Positions 1 through 12,930 of a stretch of 64,000 nucleotides of DNA are shown here, in pieces. Positions within the stretch are counted from its first letter, which is position 1, and each line of letters opens with the position of its first letter. The stretch is taken from assembly GCA_951406725.2 (NCBI GenBank), contig OX597815.1, positions 56,482,001-56,546,000 on the forward strand, written 5' to 3'. The stretch is from Octopus vulgaris. Lineage: Eukaryota. Below the pieces are notes generated by a model. The model saw only the letters and a program-made list of their open reading frames with translations. It had not been told where the DNA came from and made no database searches. A program made the position numbers and the translations under genes.

Positions 1-495
1 AGGTCAGAGGTTGAGCTATTGTTGCATAGTCGCTCCACCAAGCTGGTCTCTTAAATGTTTGACGCATGCCTCTGCCACCAAGAATGGATATGTTAAAGTG
101 GTGGCAACTCCACCAATCGTCAGCTGCTGGTGATTGGGAGAGAAAGAGCAACGAATATACAAGATTAGTGGGGGAAGAAAAAGAGAGAGAGAGGAAAAGA
201 AAAGAAAAGTGGCAAAACTTTACAGAGTGCTGTCAAAAAAGTTTAAAGAGTCACGCACATACAACATCCTCTAAAATGGCAGAGGGAATAGAGCAAAACA
301 AGATAAAGAAGATAAACGGTTGAATAGGTCAAGATCATAAGTGCCAAAATGCAAAAAATAAATTTAAAAATTACAAAATATTAGATGATGTAATAATATA
401 GGGGTGGTGGGGTACAATGAGGTGTTTTTACTGCATTTTTGACTTTGAGACAAAATATATTTTTTTTATAAATGTTCAACTACCTTACAAAAACT

Positions 496-597
496 GGCGA
501 AAGTAAAGAATACACACGCCTTGTCTAGGGTTAGGTTTTAAGGTTAAGGTTTTTGTTATGCCAAAAACTGGTGGTATCTGTATTCTTTACCTCTGCC
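496..597. mobile_element. Small MITE with 9-bp TSD (Mutator/MULE-type)
   Basis: Imperfect TIRs ggcgaaagtaaagaatac / gtattctttacctctgcc; perfect flanking 9-bp duplication acaaaaact (487-495 and 598-606); internal tagggttagg-like repeats. Confidence 0.8.
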
Positions 598-2530
598 ACA
601 AAAACTATATTAGCTAAGCAAATGATCTTCTCTAAGAGCATTAAAAACATAACTTGATCTGATCACTATTTCAGAAAATTATCACAGTTCTCTAATTAGA
701 GAATACTCATCATAAAATATTCTCTATAGCCTTATCATGACCTGCTGGAATATCTCCATGATATTTGCAGTTAAAGAGAAGAAATTGTTGAAATTAGTCA
801 TTGCTTGTTTTACCCAATTTTAGACATTTTTTTTAAAACTTGAAAATTATCAAACTAGACATTAGTGTTGGAATCCAATAGAGAAAAGAATATTGATGGT
901 TAAAAACCAAAAATTATCCAGATATCTTATTAGCAACTTCAATTACAAGCAAGTCAAATTCGAGGAAAAATTTCTTGAAGAAACAGTACCTGTCACTTGA
1001 CTTATATTTCTGACTCTCTCAACTTCAACAGCTATGCTGATGTAATTCTTGCAATGTAATGATTTTAAACATGTAGGGAAGAAATGAAAAATTATTTATT
1101 TTACTCCGGTTACTAATTTTGTGCCCACCCTCCACTAGAATAAAAGTACTGGGTAATTAGATAACATTTAACAGAAATATATTGGCTGTGCCTTTGGTTA
1201 GCATTGGAAGTATGTTGGGGAATAATGTGTTAACATATTTAGATCCAGGGCCATTAAAAAATTTAACGGTGAAGAAATTTGAAAAATGAGCTAGTGAACT
1301 TTCAAGTTTTAAGAAAATACAGGAGATAATTCTGCATATAATTCAGCTGTATTCTAAACTTATTAGCAAAACATCGTTCTCTGTATACATGCCCAAATTT
1401 ACATATTCAACCTGAAGAGTTTGAGAACTCTATATGTTTCTCAAATGTGAAGGCATTTGCAAAATGGAAGACTTCTCTGCAAAGTAAAAGCATAGTTTTT
1501 GTTAAATTTTACATTATGCTCAGTAAAATGAAAAATAAACAAAGGAACGCGCAAACACATAAAGGCAGTGTATAGCAAGGTTACTAAGGCATTTTTCTCT
1601 TTAAAGAAGTCTATAGCTTGTGATTTTCTTCAGTAGCTCCTGCAGATAGTCAGTCACTCTTGACTGTTTTCATTCAATCATTGGGTAGAACACTTCTCTG
1701 AGCTCCTTGACAGACCCTCTAATGTTGACATAAATGTTATTGAATAAATGGAAAGTTAGATGCAATGGCATTAGATCCAACTGGAAGTGACATTGCTTTT
1801 GCTGAACAAAAATTAGATAATAAATCTCCTAACCTGGATGCTATTAATACTAAGTTTCTCAAGCATGGATGTGAGAAAATGGTAGAACTTTCACATGCAT
1901 ATCCCATTGTTGGAGTGAAGAGGCGGTATTGCAAAACTAGATTGATGCTGTCATTTCCTCCTTTTCAAATCTGGTGCCAAGGACGAATGTCATAATATTA
2001 GGGGCATTTCCCTATTGTCTGTTGTCAGTAAGGTTCTGGTATGTATATCCTGTTGGAGTAGCTTAAGTTAATTGTCCCTAGAGTCACAATGTGGTTTTCA
2101 TGCAGAAAGAGACACTAATGATATGAGCTTCAAAGATAACTACAAGAAGAATGTATTGAACCTAGCTCTTAACCATTGTTTTGTTGATCTAAGTATTTGG
2201 TACTGTTAAAAGGAATACCTTATGGCTAGTTTTGTTTAAATTTGGTTGCCCTCAAATGTTTGTAAATATATTGAATGCTCTTCATAAATGCATGAAAGCC
2301 AGAGGTACTTTGGAGGTACATTCACTGAACTTTTTTGCAGTGGAGAGTGGTGTGAAACCGGGAGACCTTGATACACATACTCTATATTTTGTTGGCATGC
2401 TCTATCATGTTCTCCAAAATAAAAATATGAGGATATAAAATATTGTACCACAAGAATTGGCTTTAATTTAGCAAGGATGAAGTTTAAGAGTAAAGTATCA
2501 ATTTCATTAATGATAAATCTATTTTATGTT

Positions 2531-5432
2531 GATGACAAGGGAACTAGGCTACTGGAGTTCTGTGATGCATGCAACACTAATTTCAGGAAACCAGACAACC
2601 ACCTATCAATCAGGTGACTCTGCGAGCCAGATTGATTTCATCCTCACCAGACAGTGGGATGCAGGGTTGCTCTTGTATACAAAGACCCTCCCAGGTGAAA
2701 AATGTACCCCCCAGCATAGGTTAGTCATTAGTGACTTTAGGCTTGAGGCCAGAAGGATACCAAGAAGCAGACCAATCCAAAAAAGGATTTGGAAGCTAAA
2801 GAACCCTTCACATGGTTAGAGATTTAGGGACATCCTCCTTGAGAAATTTGATGAGAGGGAGGAGGAGCTACAGACATCAGACATAGAAAGTAGCTGGAAA
2901 TTCCTACAGGACAGCTTGCTAAGTGCCATAGACCAAGTCTGTGGATGGTGCAAAGTCACTTCCAGACTTAGAGTTACGTGGTGGTGGTGGTGGAATAGTA
3001 CGGTAGACAGTCATTAGAGCAAAGAAACAGGCTTGGAAGGGTGGGGGTAGCAGGGAACTGTACCAGGTAACCAAAAGGGAGGCTGGGCGGCAGGTATACA
3101 TAGCCAAGGGGGAAGCAGAAAAGAAGTTTGTCAATGTCCAGCAACGTGAGGACCAAAGAACTGAGATATTTTGGATTGCAAGATAGTGTGTGAGAGAAAA
3201 TTATGATGTCACAGGAGAGGAATGTGTCTGCATGGATGATGGTGCACTTGTTTTTAATGATTCGGAAAAGAAAGAGGCTTGAAGATATTATGAAAGACTG
3301 CTGAACATGGAGAATGAATGGGAGGAGGAGAGCTTGCCAAATTTTAACCCAGGAGAGGGACCAGCTATCCAAATAGAGAGCTCCCTTGTAGATAAATCAA
3401 TTAAGGATATAAAGCCAGGAAAAGCCCCTGGCCCATCAGGAATCACTGCCAAGATGCTTAAAACATCTGGTGGTGGGGGCTATGGCCTAGTCACCTGCAT
3501 TATAAACCAGGTAGTTCATGATGGAGTCATACTCAATGACTGGTGTAGCCACACCATAGTCAACTGCTACAAGGGTAAAGGTGATAGAAATAACTACAGG
3601 GGTATGAAACTGCTGGATCAGGTGATGAAGGTCTCTCATTAGGGAGAGAGTTTGCTTAGATGAGATGCAGTTTGGTTTTGTGCCAGGTAGAAGCACCATT
3701 GATGCCATATTCTTGGTTCAACAACTGCAGGAGAAATACCTAGCTAAAGATAAACCTCTATACTTAGCTTTTGTGGACTTTGAGAAAGCCTTTGACACGG
3801 TCCCCCGATCCCTTATCTGGTGGGCAATGCGGAAACTGGGGATTGATGAATGGTTAATAAGGGCTGTACAGACCCTATACAGAGAGGTTAGTAAGGTTAG
3901 GATTGGCAATAAGTATAGTGAAGAATTCTGGGTAGAAGTAGGGGTCCACCAAGGTTCAGCCCTCAGTCCCCTTTTATTCATCATAGTCCTCCAGGCAGTA
4001 ACAGAGGAATTCAAGACGGGTTGCCTCTGGGAGCTCTTCTATGCTGATGACCTCATAGCAGAATCATTACCAGAACTAGAAAAGAAATTTTGGGTGTGGA
4101 AGTAAGGTTTAGAATCGAAAGGCCTTAGAGTCAATGAGGCAAAGACCAAAGTTCTAGTAAGTAGGAAGGCGAACACATCACACCCCCACTCATGTAGGTG
4201 ACCCTGCTCGATGTGTAGAAAAGGTGTAGGTAGAAACTCCATAAGATGTACCCAGTGTAAGCTTTGGACACAAGAGGTGCAGTAACGTCAAAAGAAGATT
4301 AACCGAGAAGATTAGCTTTCGTGTGCAGCAGATGCACAGGGGCAATAAATATCACAGATACTCAGAAAACAGATTCCATCACACTCTAGGGGAAGAAGCT
4401 AGAAGTAGTTGATAGTTTCCACTACCTAGGTGACCTAGTTAGTAGTGGGGTTGGGTGCTCAGAGAATATTACTACTAGAATAAGAATAGCCTGGGCAAAG
4501 TTTAGAAAGCTTCTGCCCCTAATGGTGACAAAGGGTCTCTCGCTCAGAGTAAAAGGTAGATGGTATGATGCATGTGTGCAAACTGCCATGCTTCATGGCA
4601 GTGAAACATGGGCTGTGACTGCGGAGGATATGCATAGGCTCAAAAGAAATGAAGCTAGCATGATCTGCTGGATGTGTAATGTCAGTGTGCACACATGACA
4701 GAGTGTAAGTGCCCTGAGAGAAATGCTGGACATAAGAAGCATAGGACGTGGCATGCAAGAGAGACGTTTGTGCTGGTATGGTCATGTACTATGGATGGAT
4801 GAGGAGAGATGTGTGAAGAAGTGCCGCTCTCAAACAGTTGAAGGAATCTGGAGTAGAGGAAGACATGGGATGAGGTAGTCAAGCATGACCTTCGAACGTT
4901 GGGCCTCACAGAAGCAATGACGAAAGACCAAGATCTCTGGAGATATGCTGTGACTGCGGAGACCCGGCAAATAAAGTGAGTGCACGGCTGTATCCTACAC
5001 CAGTTTCGCATAACCAGCCCCAGCCCATTCAAAAGTACCTTGGATCGTAGGGCGACCTGCTATGCTTCAGGAGACCTATTGAGTCAAGTACATCAACATC
5101 AAAATGAAAATCAAATGGAAATCATAGTTGTGATACCTGTGCCAGTGGCACGTAAAAAGCACCATCCAAACTTGGCCATTGCCAGCGCTGCCTTGACTGG
5201 CTTCCATGCTGATGGCACATAAAAAGCACCAACCAGTCGTGGCTGTTGCCAGCCTCCTCTGGCACGTAAAAAGCACCCACTACACTCACGGAGTGGTTGG
5301 CGTTAGGAAGGGCATCCAGCTGTAGAAACACAGCCAGATCAGACTGGAGCCTGGTGTAGCCTCCTGGCTTCCCAGACCCCAGTAGAACCATCCAACCCAT
5401 GCTAGCATGGAAAACAGATAAACGATGATGAT
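2531..5432 (+). mobile_element. 5'-truncated RTE-clade LINE (APE C-terminal part + RT, frameshifted) with 3' UTR and (GAT)n tail
   Basis: ORF pieces SQIDFIL..QHRLV, KAPGPSG, QFGFVPGRSTIDAIF, VHQGSALSPLLF, FYADD; homologous to 23350-26490; tail gatgatgat at 5424-5432. Confidence 0.95.
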
Positions 5433-5718
5433 AACCTTGTTCATCATACAGAGCATAGATTGTGAGCGATGTGTTTCTGCATTTGATTTGATTTCATGTC
5501 TTTGGTTTGACTATAAATTTAAAGAAAACCTCCACCTGGTTAAGTTGTGCAACAACCAAAAATATATGGGAAACATGATCTTAAGGTTGTTGAGTACTTC
5601 ATATACCTTGGGAGTGCAGTGAATAAGGATAGAACATTGGATTCAGAAACATCTCTAAGGATTCAAAAGGTAACAAATTCCTTTGGATCGTTTAGAATCT
5701 TGGGTCTGGTCATAAAGA

Positions 5719-6078
5719 TATTCTTTTATTTGTTTCGCTTATTTGACTGCGGCCATGCTGGAGAACTGTCTTTAGTCGAAGAAATCGACTCCAGGATTTA
5801 TTCTTTGTAAGCCTAGTACTTATTCTATCGGTCACTTTTGCTGAATGGCTAAGTTACGGGGACGTAAACACACAAACATTGGTTGTCAAGCGATGGTGGG
5901 GGGGTGGGACAAACACACACACACGATGGGCTTTTTTCAGTTTCTGTCTATCAAATCCACTCACAAGGCTTTGGTTAGCCTGTAGCTATAGTAGAAGACG
6001 CTTGCCAACGGTGCCACACAATGGGACTGAACACACAACCATGTGGTTGGGAAGCAAGCTCCTTACCACAGAGCCATG
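5719..6078 (-). mobile_element. tRNA-derived CORE-type SINE (octopus OR-like family)
   Basis: Minus strand: tRNA-like head (ggctctgtggtaagg..gttcagtccc), CORE-like ggcaagcgtctt, central microsatellite, 3' tail ccagcatggccgcagtcaaat; same family as 17022, 57095/59180 and 63713. Confidence 0.85.
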
Positions 6079-6954
6079 TTTATAAATCCTTTGTGTTATC
6101 CTCTCTTCTAAAACTTGGATATGTTACAAACATCACATTGAACATCTGGAATGATTCTATGAAAAATGCCTACTGTATTCTGAAAATAAAATGTAATCCA
6201 TTTACCCACAAGTCTGATGTTTGAGCTACGTTTTGTATACGTTCAATCCAGACTATAATTTTTTAAAATCAGTTGTGATAGTATGGGCATATTGTCTGCA
6301 TGATTGATGAGTCTATCTCTAAGCAACTGTTTTATGGATAACTTATTCAGGGAAAAAGGAAACATTATTAGTTAAAGAAAGGGTTCACGGATGTGTTGAA
6401 AGCTTGAAAAATGTAGGAATTAATCTCAAAAGCCTGGACAGTCTTGCAGCAGATTGTACACTTGGTGTTCAAAAATATGGAATGGTTTGAAAACTTTTGA
6501 GCAAAATGGGCTAATTAAGACATTAAGAGGAAAATAAGAAGAAAAAAAAGCCAGTAACGGAATATGAACTTGGAACTTTTTCTGCTTGTACAGTTAGGAC
6601 TAAAATCTCACATTGCACTTCTTACTGATTATAGAACACACCTATCAGTTTACATTTATATGCCACAAAATCTGCAAATGTTAAGATGGTCTGAAGAAAT
6701 ATTGCAAGATTCATCAAGACCCAGACAGATGCAATAAAACTAGTGTGAAATTTATGTGGGTGCCTTTAAAAGTATATCCAGTCTAAAAAGCAACATGAGA
6801 TCTCATACCAGAATTGAGCACCATGTACATTGAGGTGGTTTCTAAGTATGGAGCAGACAACCATCATGTGTGTATATACGTAAATGTGTGTATATGTATA
6901 TACATGTATATTTGTATACATGCATGTATATGTACATACATACATACATATATG

Positions 6955-7568
6955 ACACCAATCTGACCGTACGACAGGCACCCATGCCAACCCCCTTGCT
7001 TGCGAAGACATGTTGGGGCAACCGAAATCGAATTGAACCAGCCAGGTTCCCTGGTCTGGTGGTACGTAAAAAGCACTATCTGACTCGTGGCCGATGCCAG
7101 CGCCGCCTCCACTGGCTTCCGTGCCGGTGGCACGTAAAATACACCAATCTGACCGTACAACAGGCACCCATGCCAACCCCCTTGCTTGCGAAGACATGTT
7201 GGGGCAAGCGAAATCGAAATCGAATTGAACCAGCCAGGATCCCTGGTCTGGTGGTACGTAAAAAGCACCATCCGACTCGTGGCCGATGCCAGCACCGCCT
7301 CGTCTGGCTTCCGTGCCGGTGGCACATAAAATACACCAATCCGACCGTGGCCGTTGCCAGCCTCGCCTGGCACCTGTGCAGGTGGCACGTAAAAAGCACC
7401 CACTACACTCACGGAGTGGTTGGCGTTAGGAAGGGCATCCAGCTGTAGAAACACTGCCAGATAAGACTGGAGCCTGGTGCAGCCTTCTGGCTTCCCAGAT
7501 CCCCGGTCGAACCGTCCAACCCATGCTAGCATGGAGAACGGACGTTAAACGACGATGATGATGATGAT
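6955..7568 (+). mobile_element. RTE 3' UTR fragment with internal tandem duplications and (GAT)n tail
   Basis: Matches the 3' ends of the RTE copies (gtgccggtggcacgtaaaaagcac units; ggcgttaggaagggcatccagctgtagaaac); duplication of ~187 bp (6955/7142); gatgat tail 7551-7568. Confidence 0.9.
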
Positions 7569-8039
7569 ACTAGACTTGCTACCAGGCTATGTCTGGTAAT
7601 AGGTATCACTATAAATTGCTGTAGAAAGAAGACAAGCACAGTTTGATCATGCAAAGCCATACGTTTTGTTTGACCATTTTCATGTCAAAATACATTTTTC
7701 CTGTAGGAAATTATGTATCATTTGAAAGTTCTGGATGTAAACTTTCTTCGCATGTAGTTTTAATCAAAATCCAACTATTTATGCCAAGGTCCCTCAATCA
7801 GCTTGATATTTCCACCCATTCACGAAGTTTGTCTCCATTTTTGTTTTGACTACTAAACGGTAGCCCAATGCACTGGAATGCTATAACTCGATTTGTGTTG
7901 ATAATCATCCAGTCATGAAGAGGACATGTTTTGCTAATTTTGATTTAAATTCGATGTTGATAGATCAGACAATCATTATGAAAGTGAAAATTTAATCATT
8001 ATTTTAACAAAGGATTCATGTTTCTCGTGAATTCAATAT

Positions 8040-8690
8040 GGTCATTACTGAATCTGGCCATGATATGGCAGATGCTAGTGAAAGTGGTATTGGAGCTATG
8101 TGTTTACAGAAGTATGAAGATGGTAGCCTGAAAGCAGTAGCTCATGCTTCACATTCATTATTACTGGCTGAGAAAAGCTACACTCAAATAGAAAAAGAGG
8201 CATTGGCCATCATATTTGCAGAAAAAAAATGCTATAAATTTATACATGGAAGAAGGTTCCGTCTGCAGACAGACCATCGCCCATTATTGTCAATCTATGG
8301 ATCAAAAAAGAGTATCTCCACTCATACAGCCAACAGATTGCAAGTGCTGGGGAACGATCCTACTGAGTTACGACTTCAAGATGGAGTATTTCCTATCAAA
8401 AAAATTGGAACATGCAGATGGTTGGTCAAGATTAATACCAAAATACAGTGAACCACTAGAAGACACAGTGATAGTGGTGTTAAAAGCCTAAAATGAAATA
8501 AAAAAATATGTTGTGCGTGAATTGCCTGTGACATTGGAGGAAATAAAAATTAAGGCAGAGACGGTCGAGTTTATCCTACAAATAAAAAAAATAGTGAGCT
8601 CAAAAGAAACAAACAAAAAATACATGTGGCTGGACGTAACATGGTTTCAAATTTGTATTTGATGTCTGATAATATGCTTATGCATGCCTA
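8040..8690 (+). mobile_element. Ty3/Gypsy pol fragment (RNase H)
   Basis: ADASESGIGA..AHASHSL..AEKSYTQIEKEALAIIFA..FRLQTDHRPLLSIYG..ANRLQ..ADGWSRL, typical Gypsy RNase H; frameshifted. Confidence 0.9.
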
Positions 8691-9411
8691 TCTCACCACA
8701 ATGTCAGGTCGCTCTTGAGTGCTACTGGTAAGGTGTAACCCAGTGCAACCTGTTGCAACTGGTCAGGTTGCTTTTTGGTGCACTACTGGTAACATATAGC
8801 CCAGTACAATCTGTTGCATGCACTGAGAGATTGAGAAATTGGTGAAAGCTGGTAGAGGTTGTGTGCTTGGCAGCCAAAGTACCACCAGTAAAATACCATG
8901 TCCTGTTGAAAAAGGCGGCAAATTGGCAGAAGTTGTTGAAGAGGTTCAGTAGAGTTCAATAAGAGTTGGTGTGTTAGTTCCATGTTGAACTTGCACTGAA
9001 TCTGTAAGTTGCCGTTGATGGTAGTTGTTCGAATTACTGTGTTAGTTCCATCACTAGAATGTGGTAAGGGCTTGATGCCCCTGCTCATAGTATATCAGAT
9101 ACAGCTGTGCAGTGTTTACCAGCTAGAAGAGATGTCTTCTTGGGGTTAAAAAGTTGTACTAAAGTCCGTTCGTGTGTAAAACAAAAGTGCTGTGTGCAAA
9201 AAACGAAAATATTATTTAAGAGTCGGGTAACAATCATATTACAATATTGGGCAACAAGTCCTCAGGATATAAGTGACTACATAAAAAAGAAATAAAAATT
9301 CAAATTCCTAATTTCATTTCCAGGCTAATACTGTGTGAAAAGGCTGATATCATGCAAAAGATACTAGAAAAATAAATGAAAATAATATTAACTTCCAATG
9401 GAAGTCAATCT

Positions 9412-9716
9412 CAAAGAGGGAGATGTGGTGAGAGTCATTGACACCCCTGGGGGATTGGAAGAATGGGCTAGCCAAACTCTTATAAAGATTAGTGGTCGGT
9501 AGTAGTTGGAGAGAACGTTTTTGGTAGTCTCATCATGTGAACACATTGATTAAACCTCCGCTGCATAATTTATATATACCAACTTGTGGCAGGATATAAA
9601 AATAAGTCTTCTAGAGGCCAAAATTAACATTGAATTATATAGAAAGTTTTGTCTATTCTCTCTTGCTATTCTAACAATGTGTGGAGAGTGACTTTTGAAT
9701 TTTACTTCGCAAACAT
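9412..9716 (+). mobile_element. Possible polypurine tract and 3' LTR remnant of the Gypsy element
   Basis: Purine run aaagagggaga followed by TG at 9424 and a possible CA end near 9716; no second LTR seen. Confidence 0.3.
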
Positions 9717-10641
9717 TCTTGTACTTGTAAATTTTGTTTTTCATGGAAATATTGGTCAAATTTCACCAATAAAAATTACAATGAATATTATTTTGTAGAC
9801 TATTATAGTCTGTTGTAATGTTTTTTTCCCTAATTTTGAATACAATCAGATAATTTGTGGTAGTGTTTACATTTTTTTTTTCTCTCCTAATGAGTTTGCT
9901 GTAAGTTATGTTTTTAATGCTAAAGCAAGGAATTAGTATTCATATTTGTTTGCTTTTTTTTAATCTAGGTCTACATGTAATTCTGAGAAAGGGATGAGGT
10001 GGTTGTGGGATGTGTTAGAAACAACAGCTAAATCTCCCTAAAATCACACATTAAATTGTTTGATAGTATTTTCAAATTTTTTTTTCTTTTTTTTACCAAA
10101 AAGGTTTCGCCAATCGTTTTTAAGTGCATAGTAAAAAAAAGCAAAAAAAAAAAATGGCCAAAATTGGTCTGGAGTGGGGTGAACGGGAGATGGGATGAAA
10201 AAAAATATTTTAAAAACTTTTTTACCTATTATTGGTGGAAAAATCCATGTCAAAACAGAAAATCTGACTTGGGTGGGCATCCTTATTCCAAACTCTGCTA
10301 TTTATAGCTATTTTTAATAGTCCATTAAAATTTTATATCCCAAAATCTCGGGATTTATTTAGTTCTATACCTACTACAAATGTGTCAAAACTTAAGTCCC
10401 TGTGGCTTGTAGGTATCATTATGAATTTTTGAAAATATTTGAATGTAATTTTTGCTGTACTTTTTCCTGGAGAGCATCCAAAAAGAAACATTTTGATACC
10501 TCATTTATGAAATTTGGATGAATATTTTATAACAAATATGACAATTTGTATGGTCAGTGAAATGGTTGAAATTTTACATAATTTGTGTGAAGTAGCTATA
10601 TTTGCAATGTCATATCTTTGAAACTGAGGTGATAATTAGCT

Positions 10642-11097
10642 TCATCATCATCTTCATGTAATGTCCGCTATCCATGCTGGCATGGGTTGGATGATTTGAC
10701 TGAGAACTGGCAGGCTAGGAGGTTGCACTAGGCTCCAATCTGATTTGGCAAGGTTTCTACAGCTGGATGCTCTTCCTAACGCCAACCACTAGAGTGTAGT
10801 GGGTGCCTTTTACATGCCACTGGCATGAGAGCCAGTCAGGTAGTACTAGCATTGGCCACAACTATGATTTCACTCAGTTCAACAGGTCTTTGCAAGCACA
10901 GCATATCGGCCAACGATTGGAATGGGACAGTTATGTGACACTGGCATCGGCCACAACTACAATCTCACTTGGCTTGCCAGGTTTTCTCAAGCATGGTGTA
11001 TCTCCAAAGGTCTCAGTTTCTTGCCATTGCCTCCTGTGAGGCCCAATGTTCGAAGGTTGTGCTTCACCACTTTGTCCCATGTCTTCCTGGGTCTACA
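10642..11097 (-). mobile_element. 5'-truncated RTE 3' end
   Basis: catcatcat tail at ~10643; RTE 3' UTR; C-terminal RPRKTWDKVVKHNLRTLGL on the minus strand. Confidence 0.9.
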
Positions 11098-11575
11098 ACC
11101 TTTGTTCTCTATGTCATAGCCAAACACTGCAAGAACAGCTCTCAGTGCACCATCTTCAAAGTCAGTCACCATGGTTTGCACATTAATAGAATAGCTTAGG
11201 TCTGCACACTTATCAACTATAACCTAAAAGAGTTCTTCAGAGGTGGCACAAGTCTTGTTTGGAAGAGGAGTGTACACTGAAGTAACAGCTGTATCACAGA
11301 AAGGGACAGGGATGACATAGATCTGTTTGAAAACATTTAGTGTCATTGCAAATTTGCCATCCATATATAATCAGTACCAGCAATGAGTCTGAGGCCATCA
11401 CTAGTACCAAACACTAGAATACGGTTGTTTGCATTTGGTCTGTTATCATAGAGTAAAAATTCCTCAAGATTAGGGCCAACTGTCATAGTATAGTCAATAG
11501 GAAGGTCACCTAGATCTTTTAGCAAACGTGGTACTGGAAGAGTAGGCCGTTGGTTGCGCAGAGTTCATAACTCAT
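11095..11575 (-). mobile_element. Mutator (MULE) transposase fragment
   Basis: EFLLYDN..NNRILVFGT..GLRL, YTPLPNKTCATSEELF, VTDFEDGALRAVLAVFG..KGC, matching the MULE DDE core order. Confidence 0.8.
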
Positions 11576-11589
11576 TAATTTACCATCAG

Positions 11590-12930
11590 TTCTGCATATT
11601 CCTTTACAGAGACTAATTGACATATTAACCTTAAGTGAAAATTTGACTGTTAACCTTTCTATTAAAGAAAGACGCAGAAAGTGCTAACGTCCTGTTTTTT
11701 TTTTTCCTGTGACTTTTATTACCTGGATTCCATTATCAACAACCACAAAAATGATTTTTTTTCTTTTTCATAATTTTGAGAGAGCACTCTGCATGATTTG
11801 CTTGTTGATCAACAAGTGTCATTTTATTGATGAAAGTCTTCTTAGTTGATTGTATATAGGCCATTTGTTCCAAAATGTCTTGCTTTCAAAACCATCTCCA
11901 TGATTAGGATAAACCATGTGACAGACATTATGCTGCCAGCAGCAATACCAGTCTCAAAGTAGTGCCAATATTTTGTAAAGTTACTAGTTTTAACTCATCT
12001 TTAAACTTCAATAATATATCTTCATTAATTGTGTTACTTTCTCCAGAATGTGGAAGTGGTCCATGGCTCTCATCAGCAATTTGTGTGGCACTGAGCCATA
12101 TGCATTAGCTAGATCAAGCCATACCATGTTCAAACTTACCTTGTTCTGTTTGGCATTCTGAAATGCTTTTTAAATTGAAAGACAATGCTCAGCACATCCA
12201 GGAATTCTAGCCTTTTAAACAGATTCAACAACATATCCATTATTCTTGCCATCCACATTCAATAAGGATATTGACCTAAACTGTTTTATAGCCTCTGCAT
12301 TGACTTCCCTTGGCAGGTATATACTTTCTGCCTTACACCACTCCTCCAAAGTCTCTTCATATCAAAGCTGTTGGAGCAGGACAAAGAACTTCTTTCATAG
12401 ACAATTGCAATACTTATACACTTTATATGAGATGCCAGCACGTCCTGGTGCTTTATTAGGTTATTCTTTTCCATCCTTAACCATCTCATTTTCCTGTACG
12501 TCCTGCTTGCTCCACTCTTTCTTTTTGCTAACTAGGTCCCATATTATTTTACTCCAAATGATTCCATTCCTCAATTGTATATTGAGTTTGTTAATTTCCC
12601 CAGTTTCTCCACTGCAGATCCTGTCATTTTATATAGAGCTTTACATACCTTGTTCTCTAACTCTTTATATCTTTTTCAGTAGCAGCAGGCCACAGAACCC
12701 TCAGTTTCTTGCAAGGACTATCTGATGCATCAGTCTCATAACCTGCAGTTTCTTGTTGGGAAGGGACTTTTGCTGTAGCATTTATTGATTTCCTGTGGTT
12801 TGTGTTTGGGGATGATTTGCTATGTTTTATGATCAGATGACCTACACTGCTCTCTGCTTACAAGTCTTTCCCTGATATATCTTCACTCTATATTGAGGTT
12901 TGTGTTTTAAGGTTAGCCATCAACTGGTAT
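11590..12930 (-). mobile_element. HERO/NeSL-like RLE non-LTR retrotransposon RT fragment
   Basis: Minus-strand motifs LWPAA, NKAPGRAGISYKVYKYC, FRSISLLNVDGK, IPGCAEH, VWLDLANAYGSVPHKLL, ETGIAAG; heavily decayed. Confidence 0.8.

Larger units (their letters stand above)
1600..6530 (+). mobile_element. Old degenerate RTE (BovB-like) LINE, split by a younger RTE (2531-5432) and a SINE (5719-6078)
   Basis: Decayed RT motifs in order: NIRGISLLSVV (~1995), FGCPQMFVNIL (2241), FYVDD (2522-2536), then after the insertion HVFGLTINLKKT (~5495), KVVEYFIYLGS..SLRIQK (~5583), VYKSFVLSSLL (6078). Outer ends approximate. Confidence 0.75.

Noticed and set aside
6766-7532. Long ORFs on both strands (up to 222 aa), similarly at 25878-26444 and 51688-52156
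   Set aside because: They arise from GC-rich tandem repeats of the RTE 3' UTR and microsatellites and show no protein motifs.
8700-9090. Possible Gypsy gag Cys/His remnant on the minus strand (FYWWYFGCQAHN)
   Set aside because: Key Cys/His residues are missing, so support is insufficient.
10987-11181. Chimeric MULE-RTE ORF
   Set aside because: Chance in-frame junction of a 5'-truncated RTE inserted into a dead MULE; short and flanked by disablements.
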